Assembly (NCBI GenBank): GCA_016748015.1
Contig: JAAOMT010000512.1
Coordinates: 468,719-532,718 of the forward strand
Length of the DNA stretch: 64,000 nt
From: Geosiphon pyriformis uo1
Lineage: Eukaryota > Fungi > Glomeromycota
Direction: 5' to 3'
Part shown: piece after piece, positions 41,701-53,843 of the stretch
Layout: every line of letters begins with the position of its first letter
How positions within the stretch are numbered: position 1 is the stretch's first letter
Program-made: the position numbers and the translations under genes
The notes under the pieces: generated by a model
Seen by the model: the letters and a program-made list of their open reading frames with translations, nothing else
What the model was told of the DNA's origin: nothing
Database searches by the model: none

Positions 41701-43965
41701 ATTATCTCATTTTCTCACTCATTTTGGTCTTCCAAAGCATTTAACGAGGCATGTGTAGTAATAGAACTTAGTTGCCATCTGGTATTTCTCATTGTCGCCA
41801 CAGCATGCGCCCATTAATAACAATTTTTTGCCACAATTAGCACATATTAGCTTTGGACGACAATAGGTGGATCATTGTGGTATAGTGTAGACATAGAGGT
41901 TATGAGTGATGGTAGTTACTTCTTCTTCCTTTTCTTTTTTTTTCCCTTTGTGTTCCCTTTCTCTTATATCCAGCTTGTTGTTGGTTTGCTTTCATCATAG
42001 TCAGTCCAGGTCAAATTGTCTGTCTCCCAGGTAAGTTCTTCTCTTTGTTTATTTTTTCTGTTGTCATCCCATGAGAGTATTGGCAGCAGCTCATTGTGTT
42101 CTTCGTCGGCCCACAAGACTTGATACACTTTCCAGGTAGGTTTTGGTTTTTTTTTTTGAAGTCAATTAGTGGTGCTGTGATGTTGGTCGCTTTAAAGTGA
42201 CCACACATTGCTGGTACTCATGTGTGTTGACCATTTTGGCTTAGCTGAAGTTCTTGTATGTTCCAATCTAGTGTCGTGTTAGTCTTGGACAGCCAGTTAT
42301 TTCCAACAAGTGCTTAATATTAAGTGGCTTCTATCACCAGAACTTTGATGGGTACTACGATGTCATTGACTTCAATTGGGAAGTCATTGATTTCGCCAAT
42401 TGGGGTTTTGGTGGTTCCATCTGTGGTAATAATCTTGGTGCTGGCAGTATGATCAACTCAGTGACCTAATTGATCCATGAGTTGTCATGTGATAATGCTG
42501 TTTGCTGAACTACTATTAAAGATTAATTTGATGAAGTGGCCATCAACCTTGACATTAGTGTACATGGCCATGATTGGTTTTTTTTCAAGTGCTGTTCTAC
42601 TAAATAATGGCGTATCTGATGGTTCTTTGAGTTTAAATAGAAAGATGGCATCCAAAAATTCATTTTTGGTGATTGTAGCAAGTGGGATATTATTGGTAGG
42701 TGGTTGTTGTTGTTCAATTTTCTGATTGTTGGATGTAGTGTCTTCTGAAGTCACCAGAAGACTTAAATAGTGTTGAAAATTCGGGTTTTGAGTGGGACCA
42801 GTGCCTGAATTCTATTGATAAGATTCTGATTGTTGGTGAAAAGAGCTGGAGATTGGTTGATGTACAACTATTGCTGATCTCCAGTTTTGGGTGATTCTAG
42901 GTCTTGGGTTTCCTAATGTCATTTGAGCTGGGTTTACTGGTGGTGTTTGAATGGTGGGTGTTTGATAGATTGCTGGTGGCTGCAGTTGATATATTACTTG
43001 TGGCTGCGTCTGATAAATTGCTTGTGACTGCGGTTGATAAACTGGAGTTTGATGAATTGGTGGTTAATAAATTGGTTGGTGCGTTATAGACAGATAAGTG
43101 GGTTGGTATTGGTCTTAATTCAGGTAATGGTTCGGAGTCTGGAACCAGTGATCAGGTTTTCTATATTGATTTCCTAATTGTGAATTGCTATAAGTATGGC
43201 AGTTGGCTCTGATGTGCCCTTGTTTACCACAGTTGTGGCAGATACACATCTCTAACTGCCACAACTGATTGGATAACAACAATGGATGTGACTGATTTTG
43301 GAAACAATTCGCATTTTCCTGATTGTTATACCGTTGAGGAAGTTGATAAATCATGTGAGTATCAGCTAAGTATCCCTCTAATTTCTGATTAATTGAATCA
43401 CTGAATTGCTTCAATTTGGAATCCAATTCAGATGATCTATTCATTGCTAGATTCACAGCTTGGGTGTGATTAGCTTTTAGTTTAGCTGCTTCAAAATTTC
43501 TGGTGTAAGTAACTGCAGTTGGAAGATCTACTGGGTGTATTGGACGTACTTGTTGTAGGATGCTACTGCCCAATCCTCTAATAAATTGATTTAAAATCTG
43601 TGGTGCTATGAAATAGTCAGCTTGGATGGCTTGTATTTGGTGTAGATTTCTATGAAAGCATTCCAAGTAAGTAGTGACTGCTTTAGTGTTCCCTTGTCTA
43701 ATAGTAGTAAAGGTGTTGGCTAATTTGTTGATACTATTATTGTTGCTAAAGTACTGCAAGAATTCAGTTTTGAATTCATTAAAATTTTGGGGTTTAACAG
43801 CAAGGCTTTGATACCATGCATCAGTGGTATTCTGGAGAAAATAAGGGATTGTTTGCATTGCTTTAACATCATCCCAATTATTGGCTGTAATGGCTTTGGC
43901 CATGTTATTTAATTAGACTTGGGCATTATCTTCTTCACTATTGAATTTGTCAAGTTTCGTGATGG
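38729..43965 (-). pseudogene. Element A Gag(CA-NC)-PR-Cys-rich-dUTPase-RT-RNase H
   Basis: CHNCGKQGHIRANC knuckle; PR IKLIFNSSSA; dUTPase ARFDLRY...GIID...KIVQAIF...QGFES (~40950-40560); RT YLNNT (from YLDD); RH IDASG, ELEHLA, NADGLS. Confidence 0.9.
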
Positions 43966-43969
43966 GTGT

Positions 43970-44949
43970 TGTTACCAGACAAAATTAGAGATATTATTTA
44001 GCATGAAATTATCTTATAATTCTTATCATTAATTAGCATATATTATTGTTTCAAATTATCACTTATTACATTAGCAAAAATGTCCGAAATTATCATTTAA
44101 TTAATAACCTAAATTGTATACAACACAAATATAACCTAATTGCGATGATCAATTATGCAATACCCTGAACTATGTAACATTCAAAAGTTCACTGAAATTT
44201 GTAGAAATTTGTAGAAATAATTGATAGTTCACCGAAATATCTAATAGTTCACAGAAATAACTTGTAGTTTGCCAAAATGTATCTTTAGTTCAGCAAAATT
44301 GTAGAAAATAGCAAAGTTCAAGTTCATAGAATAGTGTTATGACAAGTTGTATAAAAGAAGAGCTTTTTTCTTCGAGAAAATGTATCTTACTTTAGATTTA
44401 TTTCTTAAAACCATTTCTATATACACAAAAAGAAATAAATATCAAATAATTCAAAAAAACCAAATTCTTTAATTATTGTACTTGGAAAATCCCCAAAACC
44501 CAACTAACATTTCGAAATTGATTAGCTACCAATTTCAGTAAACTGTTAGTGACTCCAGGCCTGGATAGAAAACATTTCTCTTGACAAAAATTTTATTTTT
44601 TTTACATTTCTTTTCTTTTTCTTTTCTTTTCTTATTACAATCATTAGGGTAGCCTATAGACAAGATTCCTGTAGAAAAGTTGACTTTCACAGCAAAGTAA
44701 CTATACATTTTAGTGAGCTTTCAAACGAGCAATTCCTGGGAAAGAGTTGACGTTTACTACAACGTAACTACATAAAGTAACTGGTAAAGAATTGGCCATT
44801 CCACTTATAAGCCCAGCAGTTCAAATTATAAAAGATAATTTGAAGATAAATTCAGTTATTGGAGGTTCAACCACATCCAGAAAACGTGAATTCACAGCAA
44901 ACAAGTATTGACAACATTTAAAAAAAGAGACCAAAAACTTCCAGTAACA
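43970..44949 (+). repeat. 5' LTR of element B
   Basis: TGTTA...TAACA; TATA-like TATAAAAG at ~44350; ~20-bp tandem units at ~44190-44310. Confidence 0.97.
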
Positions 44950-47900
44950 TTTGGTGCTCTTCCATGGAAACAACACAGCAAAAACAACTTCAAAGTGGCG
45001 ACCACACCAGATGCAACAACTCTAGAGTATTACCAGTCAATTTACACCCACTGCAAGCAAAGATTCAACATTCCAGACGGAATTGAAGTTGTCAAGAAAT
45101 CAGTATACCAATACATTAAAAACTGCATCAACAATTATCTTTTTGGAAATTACAATATCTCAGAAGTTAGAAGCAATCTTTACAATAATTTAGCACACTA
45201 TTCACAGTTGGGAACTAAAGACCTTAACAGTGAAACACTTGCCACTTACTTTCACGAACTTAATTTTAATATTATCAAATACTGTGAAGAAACATATCTA
45301 GTGCAGTCTTAATACACTATTGATTTTGAATCGGAAACAGAAACAAGCAACAAAGGCAAAAACAAATTGAAGCAATACTCAAGAACCACCCCAAATACTC
45401 TAACACTACCGAAAACAACTGCCAAACATTTACAAACACCTGAACAAGGAACCAGTTCAAAATTTCCACTTACTATCACATCTTTTTCAGCTTTACTTGC
45501 ACAAGCACAAACACCTAATTCACCCTTGAATCGATTTGCAAGACCAGAAAATTTTACATCACTCAAAAGTTCCACCAAACAACAAGAACTCTTTCAAACT
45601 AGTTCCAATCTCCTTGATTTTCTAGCTGAAAATCAAAGTGAACACTCTGAGACAGCAGCAAACAAAAAAAACAACTCTGAAATAACTGAAAAAGAATCAA
45701 TAGACAGTGAAAACAAAGAAGATAAAATGACAACATACATTGCAAAAATCCCTGAATTTAATGGAGAAGATATTGAGACCAGTCCCCAAGAATGGCTCGA
45801 CCAAGTTACTAAAGCTGAAGATGCAAATGGATGGAATGCTGCCAGAATGTTAAGAACAATTCCCTACTTTCTCAAAGGAACAGCAGGAGAATGGTTTGAA
45901 AACTTGGCTGCCTCATTCAATAATTGGAACACTTTCAAAGCAGCCTTCCTTGAACAGTTCACTAACAATAATACCTCTATCACTCTTCGCAATCGTTTTC
46001 GAAATATCAAACAAGAACCCTCTGAATCTGTTATGACTTATATTAAAAAATTCAACAAACTTTTCAGATGAATTCACCTACTCGAAACAAACAATTATTA
46101 CTCTGATGCTCAAATCTTGGATCAATTTATCGCTGGTCTAAAAGATAAACTAATTAAAAAGGTTCGCCTATATGTGCCAGAAAATTTAAACTCTACCATA
46201 CAGCATGCAAAAAGATACAAAATGGCCATAGAAGAGGCCAATTGCACAAAACTTGTAAATTTGGCAATTGAAGAAACCAGCTCAGCAGCTGAGGAAAAAA
46301 TTGACCAACTCACAAAGAAGGTTGAAAACTATTTCACCAATCAACAACAACAGCAACCCCAAAGATATCAACCACCCCAAAGATGAAATCAAAATAACTT
46401 TGCACCACTTTCTAATAACCAGCCTCAGAATTGCCATTAATGTGGAATCTCTGGCCACTGGAAAAGAGATTGCAGAAAGCTACAACAAGACCAACAAAAT
46501 AGGAGTAATCAATGTTACCCTCTACCACAGCAATCTTATTATCAACTACCACCACCAGCTTACTATCCACCAAGACTCCAATACCAAAATAACTATTATC
46601 AGCCCACTCCACAGCCAATCCAACAGCAATACCAACAACCACCCACACAACATTATCAAGTACCTGCTCGAAGACTGATTACACAAAATTAATTTACACC
46701 ATAAAACCAATACCAAGTAAACAACAATAGAATCAGTTCGAACAACCAATTGGTTCCCCAAAATTCCACTCAACCAAGACCCAACCACTATCACACTCAA
46801 CTCAGTTATTTAACAATTCCAGAAGAACAGGATTTTTACCATACTGCACTCTTGGAAAATAAAGCTACAGCACAACAACAAAACCCTTCCTATACTCTCA
46901 CCACAATCCCACCAGCCAGAATCACTGAAAACACTAATCTTTCAAATATATTTCCTTTTAAGTTTGAAGCAAATAAGTCACCATTCCTGCTTAACAATGC
47001 AGCCACCAATGAACAAAAAGCAATCATAACTATGTACACTGAAGCAGAAGTCGAAGGAAAGACAATTCACTTGATCCTAGACAGTAGATCCACTGGAAGC
47101 ATTATCACCTACCAGTTAATGTAACAGTTGAAGAGAAATGTCAACTGACCAGTTCAAACAGTAATTGTCACTGCTGATGGCATGAAAAAAACTCCAGTAG
47201 GAGAAATTGACAATTTTCTATTCACTCTTGATAGAATTACCATTCCAGTCAAAGTTCTTGTAATAGACGCACCCCAGTACCAAGCTCTCGTCGGAAATGA
47301 TTGGCTTCAAAAAACCAATGCTAATCTGAATTGAGAAACACAAGAGTTAACAATCTCCTACCAAGGACAACACACCTGGGTACCTGCCACTTGTGGTACA
47401 TTAAACAAATGCTCTGAAAAAGCCCCAGCTTTTGAATTCGAACTGGAAAAGGAAAAACCCTTCATTAAAACATTTATGGCTCTTGAATCAACATCCAACT
47501 GGGCCGATGAAACAGAACAAGAACATTTTACCCCACACTCTAAACCCAAAACCTCTGAATAGAATATCCCTTACTCAAAACCCGAACCAAGGAAACAATG
47601 CCCCTATATTCCTCTTAAATGTAAGGACTGCCACAAAAAACTATCATCAATGGGAGCCTGCATTTTACCTAAAGAAGAATATGAAAATTTTACTTGTTAT
47701 TACTGCAAGGCTTGCCACAGAGAATGATAGGACCATTTAATAAAAAAGAGCAGAAAATGGGACAACACCCCTTGTTTGACTTGTGGAGATATGCTACCAG
47801 AAGAATGCAATTGAATTGATGTAGTCATGAGAAGAGAAGTCTGCAATCAGACCTGCCAATATGCTTTATCAATTTCAGAAAAAGTAAAAAGAGGAACATC

Positions 47901-50613
47901 CTTTAATGTGGCATACAACAGTGCTTTCAACAAACTTTATCACTACCTCCATAATGCTGAGATGATTTTCAACCTAGCAATGGCATTAATTAATGGAACT
48001 ACCAAAGAAGATGTTCGTTAAATGAAAGAAGCAGAATACATTGAATACACCATGAAATTAGCTGGATTCAATTACAAAGACGAAGTAGAAGTCTACCACC
48101 AAATTGCAAGTTATACCTACTCAACCCAAGAAGCTCAAATTCAACAATTAGAGCAAATGAACATTAGGCTATGTGAAGAATGCATTATGACTTGCAATAA
48201 ACAGTGGTGTTTTGAATGCTACACTTTTAGTATCCCCTTGCCCAGCAAAAATGATGAGAACAAAATTGAATTTGGAGAACCTAAAGTAACAGAAGAAATT
48301 GAAACAACACCTATCTACCTTATCAAAAATCAGTCTGCCTTACAACTTAAATACTTCAACAACAACGGACATAAAATAAAACCTGAAAAAGCACATGAAA
48401 TTGATGCTGGATATGACCTAAGATATCCAGGCAAGGATACTCTTGTTTTCAAACCCAAATCCCTCACAAAAATCAACCTCAAAATTGCACTCGAAATTTC
48501 ACCAGAAGCAATAGTTCAAATCACCTCCCAGTCCTCTCTGGCAAGCAAAGAAATCAATGTCAGAGAAGGAATAATCAATGCTGGATATACTGGAAACATT
48601 ACAGTGATGCTTCAAAATGAAACTGACAAATCATTCAAGATCGAACATGCTGAAAAAATTGCCCAAGCTATTTACCTACCCTTAATCAACATTTCGGGTT
48701 TGCAACTAGTCAATTAAAGAGAACAATTAGGAAAAAGCGATAAAAGAACCCAAGGTTTTGGTTCAATTGGACAATTCACAGTTCCAGTTAATATAGCTCT
48801 TAATACACAGAACAAATTCCACCAGATTCTCAGACTTCTACAACAGATTACCATCTTACCCTTTGGAGAACATCCAGAAATCTACACCTGCCCAAAGCCA
48901 ACAACCACACAACAAATTTTTGAGTCCAATAAACAAGTCTGCTTGGAACATAATATTTCAATTCCAAACATTTATATTCCAGAAGGAACAAAGAAAGTCC
49001 AAGTTACTTTTTACAACTCCAATAATTACCCCATAATTTTATTAAATAATTTAGAAATTGGAGTTATTCACAGTAATATATTTCAACAAGAATTACCCCA
49101 AACAGTCTCCAATTTCTCTAAAATTATTAGACATTCATTACCAAAAATCAACCCAAACCCCAGTTCCGAAAACTACCATGTTGTTATGGAAAAACTATCT
49201 TGAATTAACATGAAACAACTTGAACCACAACAACAGACCCAGCTCAAAGAGCTAATTGCAGAATTTGCCGATATCTTTGCTGAAAACAACAATGACTTAG
49301 GAAGAACCAATTTGGTCCAACACCAAATTTATACAGGAGATGCCAAACCAAGAAGACAACAAGCATATCGAGTTGCTTCAGAAAGCCACCAATTCATCCG
49401 AGAAGAAGTACAACAAATGCTTAACAATGGGCTTATCCAACCCTTCATGAGTCCTTGGGCTTCACCTGTAGTGCTAGTTAAAAAGAAAAATGGAAAGATC
49501 CGATTTTGTGTTGACTATCGACAACTCAACAGTGTTACAATTGGAGACGCCTACCCCTTTCCCCAGATTGATGACATGTTAGATGCCCTTGGAAAATCCA
49601 AATACTTTTCAACACTAGATTTAGAAAACAGTTACTGGCAAGTTGCTATGAATCCCAAAGATTGCCCCAAAACAGCATTCACTACCCAAGGCGGAAATTA
49701 CGAGTTCAATGTAATGTCTTTTGGATTATGCAATGAACCAGCAACGTTTCAGAGATTAATAGATGTTGTGTACTAAGGACTTCTTTGGAAGTCAGTAGTC
49801 ATTTATCTTAACAATATTGATGTTTATTCTCTATCATTCGAATTACACTTAAAACACCTGCGAGAAGTTTTTCAATGATTATGAAAAGCAGAACTAAAAC
49901 TCAATATCAAAAAATGCTACTTTGAAAAAACAAGCCTGGTTTTTCTTGGTCATATCGTTAGTAAAGATGGAATCAAACCAGACTTTAGAAAAATCAGCGT
50001 TGTCAAAAACTTCAAAACTCTTCGAAACATTACAGAACTAAGAGGATTTATAGGATTAGCATTCTACTATTGGAAGTTTATCAAAGGATTCTTGGAAATT
50101 GCAAAACTCCTCAACCAGCTTACCACCAAAAACGTTGAATACAAATGGACTACCGAACACCAAAAAGCTTTTGAAATTCTCAAGGAAAAACTGACAACAG
50201 CTCCAATTCTCACCTACCTGAATTTCAGCAACCGATTTTGACTAGCTACAAATGCTTTGTATACTGCTTTTGGTGCCATCTTATTACAACTAGATAACAA
50301 CGGAAATGAGTGAGTAATTGTTTATGCTAGCAGAACATTAAAACCAGCTGAGAAAAACTACCCTGTCACAGAACTAAAAACAGCAGCCATAATTTGGGTT
50401 CTACACCATTTCAACCTTTATCTCAGGCCTAAAGAATTCGATATTATCACTGATAATATTAGATTCAAATGGCTTCAGAACAAAAATACTCAGCTGAATA
50501 CAAAACAAACCCGATAGACAAGATTTCTAGCAAACTATCGATACATGGTACATCACAAGCCAGGAAAACTCCACACCAATGTTGACTGTCTCTCCAGAAT
50601 AAGACAAAATTAG
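44950..50613 (+). pseudogene. Element B single-frame polyprotein: pre-Gag, Gag, PR, Cys-rich, dUTPase, RT, RNase H
   Basis: ORF fragments at 44908, 45367, 46117, 46750, 47827, 48022, 48943 and 49210 are all in one frame. IPEFNGED capsid; CH*CGISGHWKRDC; LILDSRS protease; DAGYDL/GIINAGYTG/KIAQ/QGFGS dUTPase; SPWASPVVLV, RFCVDYR, YLNN RT; NVDCLSR RH end. Confidence 0.93.
44952..44963 (+). promoter_or_regulatory. Primer-binding site of element B (TGGTGCTCTTCC)
   Basis: TGG lies 2 nt after the LTR end; similar to the PBS of A and E. Confidence 0.75.
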
Positions 50614-50665
50614 AAAAACACAAAAACCAACACTCAACTTAACCAACCAAAAGAGCCAACAAACA

Positions 50666-52051
50666 ATGAATTCGGAAAACTACAATGATCTCAAACAATA
50701 TTTGAAAACATTAACAATCCCAACAGATTGGTCTCCAGATGAAAAACATTGACTACAACAACAAGCCAAACAATATTTTCTACACAACAACATTATTTAT
50801 AATCGAAATTTCAAAAATCCAGACAAACCACTCAGATTAATACAAGAACAGGAAAAAGAGACTATATTATACAACATACACTCAGATCTTTCATCAGTCC
50901 ACTTCGGAAAAGACAGCACCACCCAAAGAACACTAGAATACTACTTTTGGCCTCGAATGAGAAAAGACATTCATGAATATGTCAAATCTTGTGATAGTTG
51001 TTAAAGAAGAGAAGGAACTCACCCTACAGAACCTTTAAACCCAATCAAAGTTGGACAGCCTTTTGACAGAGTTGGTATCAATTTAGTCGGACCACTACCT
51101 ATTACAAACCAAAGAAACCGTTATATTGCAGTAGCTGTAAACTATCTCACCAAATGGCCTAAAGCCAGAGCCATTCAACGGGCAGATGCAAAATCAGTAG
51201 CAAACTTCATCTACAAAGACATCATTTGTAGACATGGATGCCCAATAGAACTTTTATCTGATCAAGGAACACATTTTGTGAACAATTTAATCCAGGAAAT
51301 TTGTAGACAATTTAATGTCAAGAGACCATTATCTTTACCCTACTATCCACAAACAAATAAACTTGTAGAACGGTTCAACAGAACATTGTGTGAATCATTA
51401 GCCAAAGTTTCAACCAATTTTGAGCAAGAATAGAATCTCTTTATTCCATCAGTGTTACTAGCATATAGGACACTAAAACAAGATACCACGAAACACACAC
51501 CATTTGATTTAACTTACGGAAGGACGGCAATGTTACCAATTAGTTTTACAGTGGAAACATACCCAGCACAACCAATTGATGAAAACAATTTCCAAAAAAC
51601 GCTTTAACAAAGAGCCTACACTCTGCTTAGCACATTGGAAGGAAAACAACGAATAGCAGCCACTCATATTGAACACTCCCAAGCTCAACAAAAAGAACGG
51701 CATGATGACAAATTGCCTCCAGTTACCAATGAATTTAAAATTGGAAACAAAGTTTTCTTACACAGAACTAAAGCTGAAAAACAATGGAGTGGAAAATTTG
51801 AGAATAAATGGAATGGACTATTCTTTATCCATGAAGTTTTAGACAACGGATCATACAAACTAAGACTTAATGACAAAATTCTAGCAAAAGTTGCACATGG
51901 AAATTGTTTGAAACACTATAATTCCAGAAACAATCCTGAACCATTAATTCCACAAATTGGTACACATTCCCTTTTAATCAATTCCAAAGACATTTCCCAA
52001 TATTTAGAACTAATAGTTGTCATTGAACAACCTCCCAACTTGAACACTTAA
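50666..52051 (+). pseudogene. Element B integrase, separate ORF
   Basis: ATG at 50666 in the +1 frame. IHSD..HF...CDSC; VGINLVGPLP, LSDQG, VERFNRTL; KWNGLFFI..V..NGSYKL tail; no chromodomain. Confidence 0.9.
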
Positions 52052-52172
52052 TTTAAATTTATTATTATAGTTATCTTTTTATAATTTAGAAACAATCTCA
52101 CAAAAACAAAACAAAAATAACATAAAAACCCATACACCAAAAATAATTTTCTTTTATTTCAAATTGCTTATA

Positions 52173-52849
52173 ATGACTATTCCTCAAAACATTCAACAAT
52201 TATCCCAAAAACTAATGTTAGCTTTAAAAACAATACCCAAATTATCCATTACTGTTACTGGAAACCACATTAATTATACCCAAACAAAAGTAGTTACAAA
52301 TTTAGCCCCAAATTCACAAAAATATCACCCGTATAAGAAAAACACAAGAAGTTATACTGGAATTCACCTGCCAGAACTTTTAAAGCTTGCTTTAAGAGAA
52401 AACCTAATGCTCACTCTGATTAGTATTCCACCAAATGCTACAATTCAACAAAGACTTTAACTGTGTCTCAATGAGAAAAACACTGAATATCCTCCAATCT
52501 ATAGATATTTTCACATTGGAAAAACACTCTACAAATAGAAACTGGAACTTACAACAGCAAACCTCACAAAAGAAGCTATTCAGAAACAACTCTACAATGA
52601 ATTCAAGACAACAGCTGGATCAACAAACAGTCGCTACAGGCTCAGAGCTGCTCTTAGACTTTATGACCTATTCCACACCTGTAAAAACGTACTATAAAAC
52701 CCAATTTTTCAACCTTTAAAGATTCAATACATTGGAAAGCTTACAGAACTGAAATTTCAACAATTTTCAGACCAAATTTTTTCAATAATTTTGGATTATT
52801 ATCTGGAAATGACAAACAGTACTTGGACTTTGATAGAGCTCAGTCTTGA
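52173..52849 (+). pseudogene. Element B ORF3, unknown ~225-aa protein in the env position
   Basis: Read through 3 stops: MTIPQNIQQLSQKL...EYPPIYRYFHIGK...LRAALRLYDLF...IGKLTELKFQQFSDQI; homologous to A ORF3. Confidence 0.75.
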
Positions 52850-52860
52850 GGAGGAGGTTA
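52848..52860 (+). promoter_or_regulatory. Polypurine tract of element B
   Basis: GAGGAGGAGGTTA immediately before the 3' LTR TG. Confidence 0.85.
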
Positions 52861-53839
52861 TGTTATCAGACGAAATTAGAGATATTATTTAGCATAAAAT
52901 TATCTTATAATTCTTATCATTAATTAGCATATATTATCGTTTCAAATTATCACTTATTACATTAGCAAAAATGTCCGAAATTATCATTTAATTAATAACC
53001 CAAATTGTACACAACACAAATGTAACTTAATTGTGATGATCAATCATGCAATACTCCAAACTATGTAACATTCAAAAGTTCATTGAAATTTGTAGAAATT
53101 TGCTGAAATAATTGATAGTTTACTGAAATATCTAATAGTTTGCAGAAATAACTTGTAGTTTGCCAAAATGTATCTTTAGTTCAGCAAAATTGTAGAAAAT
53201 AGCAAAGTTCAAGTTCATAGAATAGTGTTATGACAAGTTGTATAAAAGAAGAGCTTCTCTCTTCGAGAAAATATATCTTACTTTAGATTTATCTCTTAAA
53301 ACCATTTCTATATACACAAAAAGAAATAAATATCAAATAATTCAAAAAAACCAAATTCTTTAATTATTGTACTTGGAAAATTCCTAAAACCCAACTAACA
53401 TTTCGAAATTGATTAGCTACCAATTTCAGTAAACTGTTAGTGACTCCAGGCCTGGATAGAAAACGTTTTTCTTGACAAAAATTCTATTTCTTTTACATTT
53501 CTTTTATTTTTATTTTTTTTCTTATTACAATCATTAGGGTAGCTTACAGACAAGATTTCTGTAGAAGAGTTGACTTTCACAGCAAAGTAACTATACATTT
53601 TAGTAAGCTTCCAGACAAGCAATTCCTGGGAAAAAGTTGATGTTTACTACAATGTAACTACATAAAGTAACTGGCAAGGAATTGGCCATTCCACTTATAA
53701 GCCTAGCAGTTCAAATTATAGGAGATAATTTAAAGATAAATTCAGTTATTGGAGGTTCAACCACATCCAGAAAACGTGAATTCACAGCAAACAAGCATTG
53801 ACAACATTTAAGAAAAGAGACCAAAAACCTCCAGTAACA
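52861..53839 (+). repeat. 3' LTR of element B
   Basis: Direct repeat of 43970-44949. Confidence 0.97.
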
Positions 53840-53843
53840 GTGT

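Larger units (their letters stand above)
43970..53839 (+). mobile_element. Ty3/Gypsy LTR retrotransposon B (9870 bp), dUTPase-bearing; innermost and best-preserved element
   Basis: LTRs at 43970-44949 and 52861-53839; TSD GTGT at 43966-43969 and 53840-53843; PBS and PPT present. Confidence 0.97.

Noticed and set aside
51900-52051. Chromodomain at the integrase C-terminus
   Set aside because: The tail after the GPY/F-like module is short and lacks the YLVKW motif.
52164-52849. ORF3 as an envelope gene
   Set aside because: No signal peptide, TM helix or furin/fusion motif; too short.
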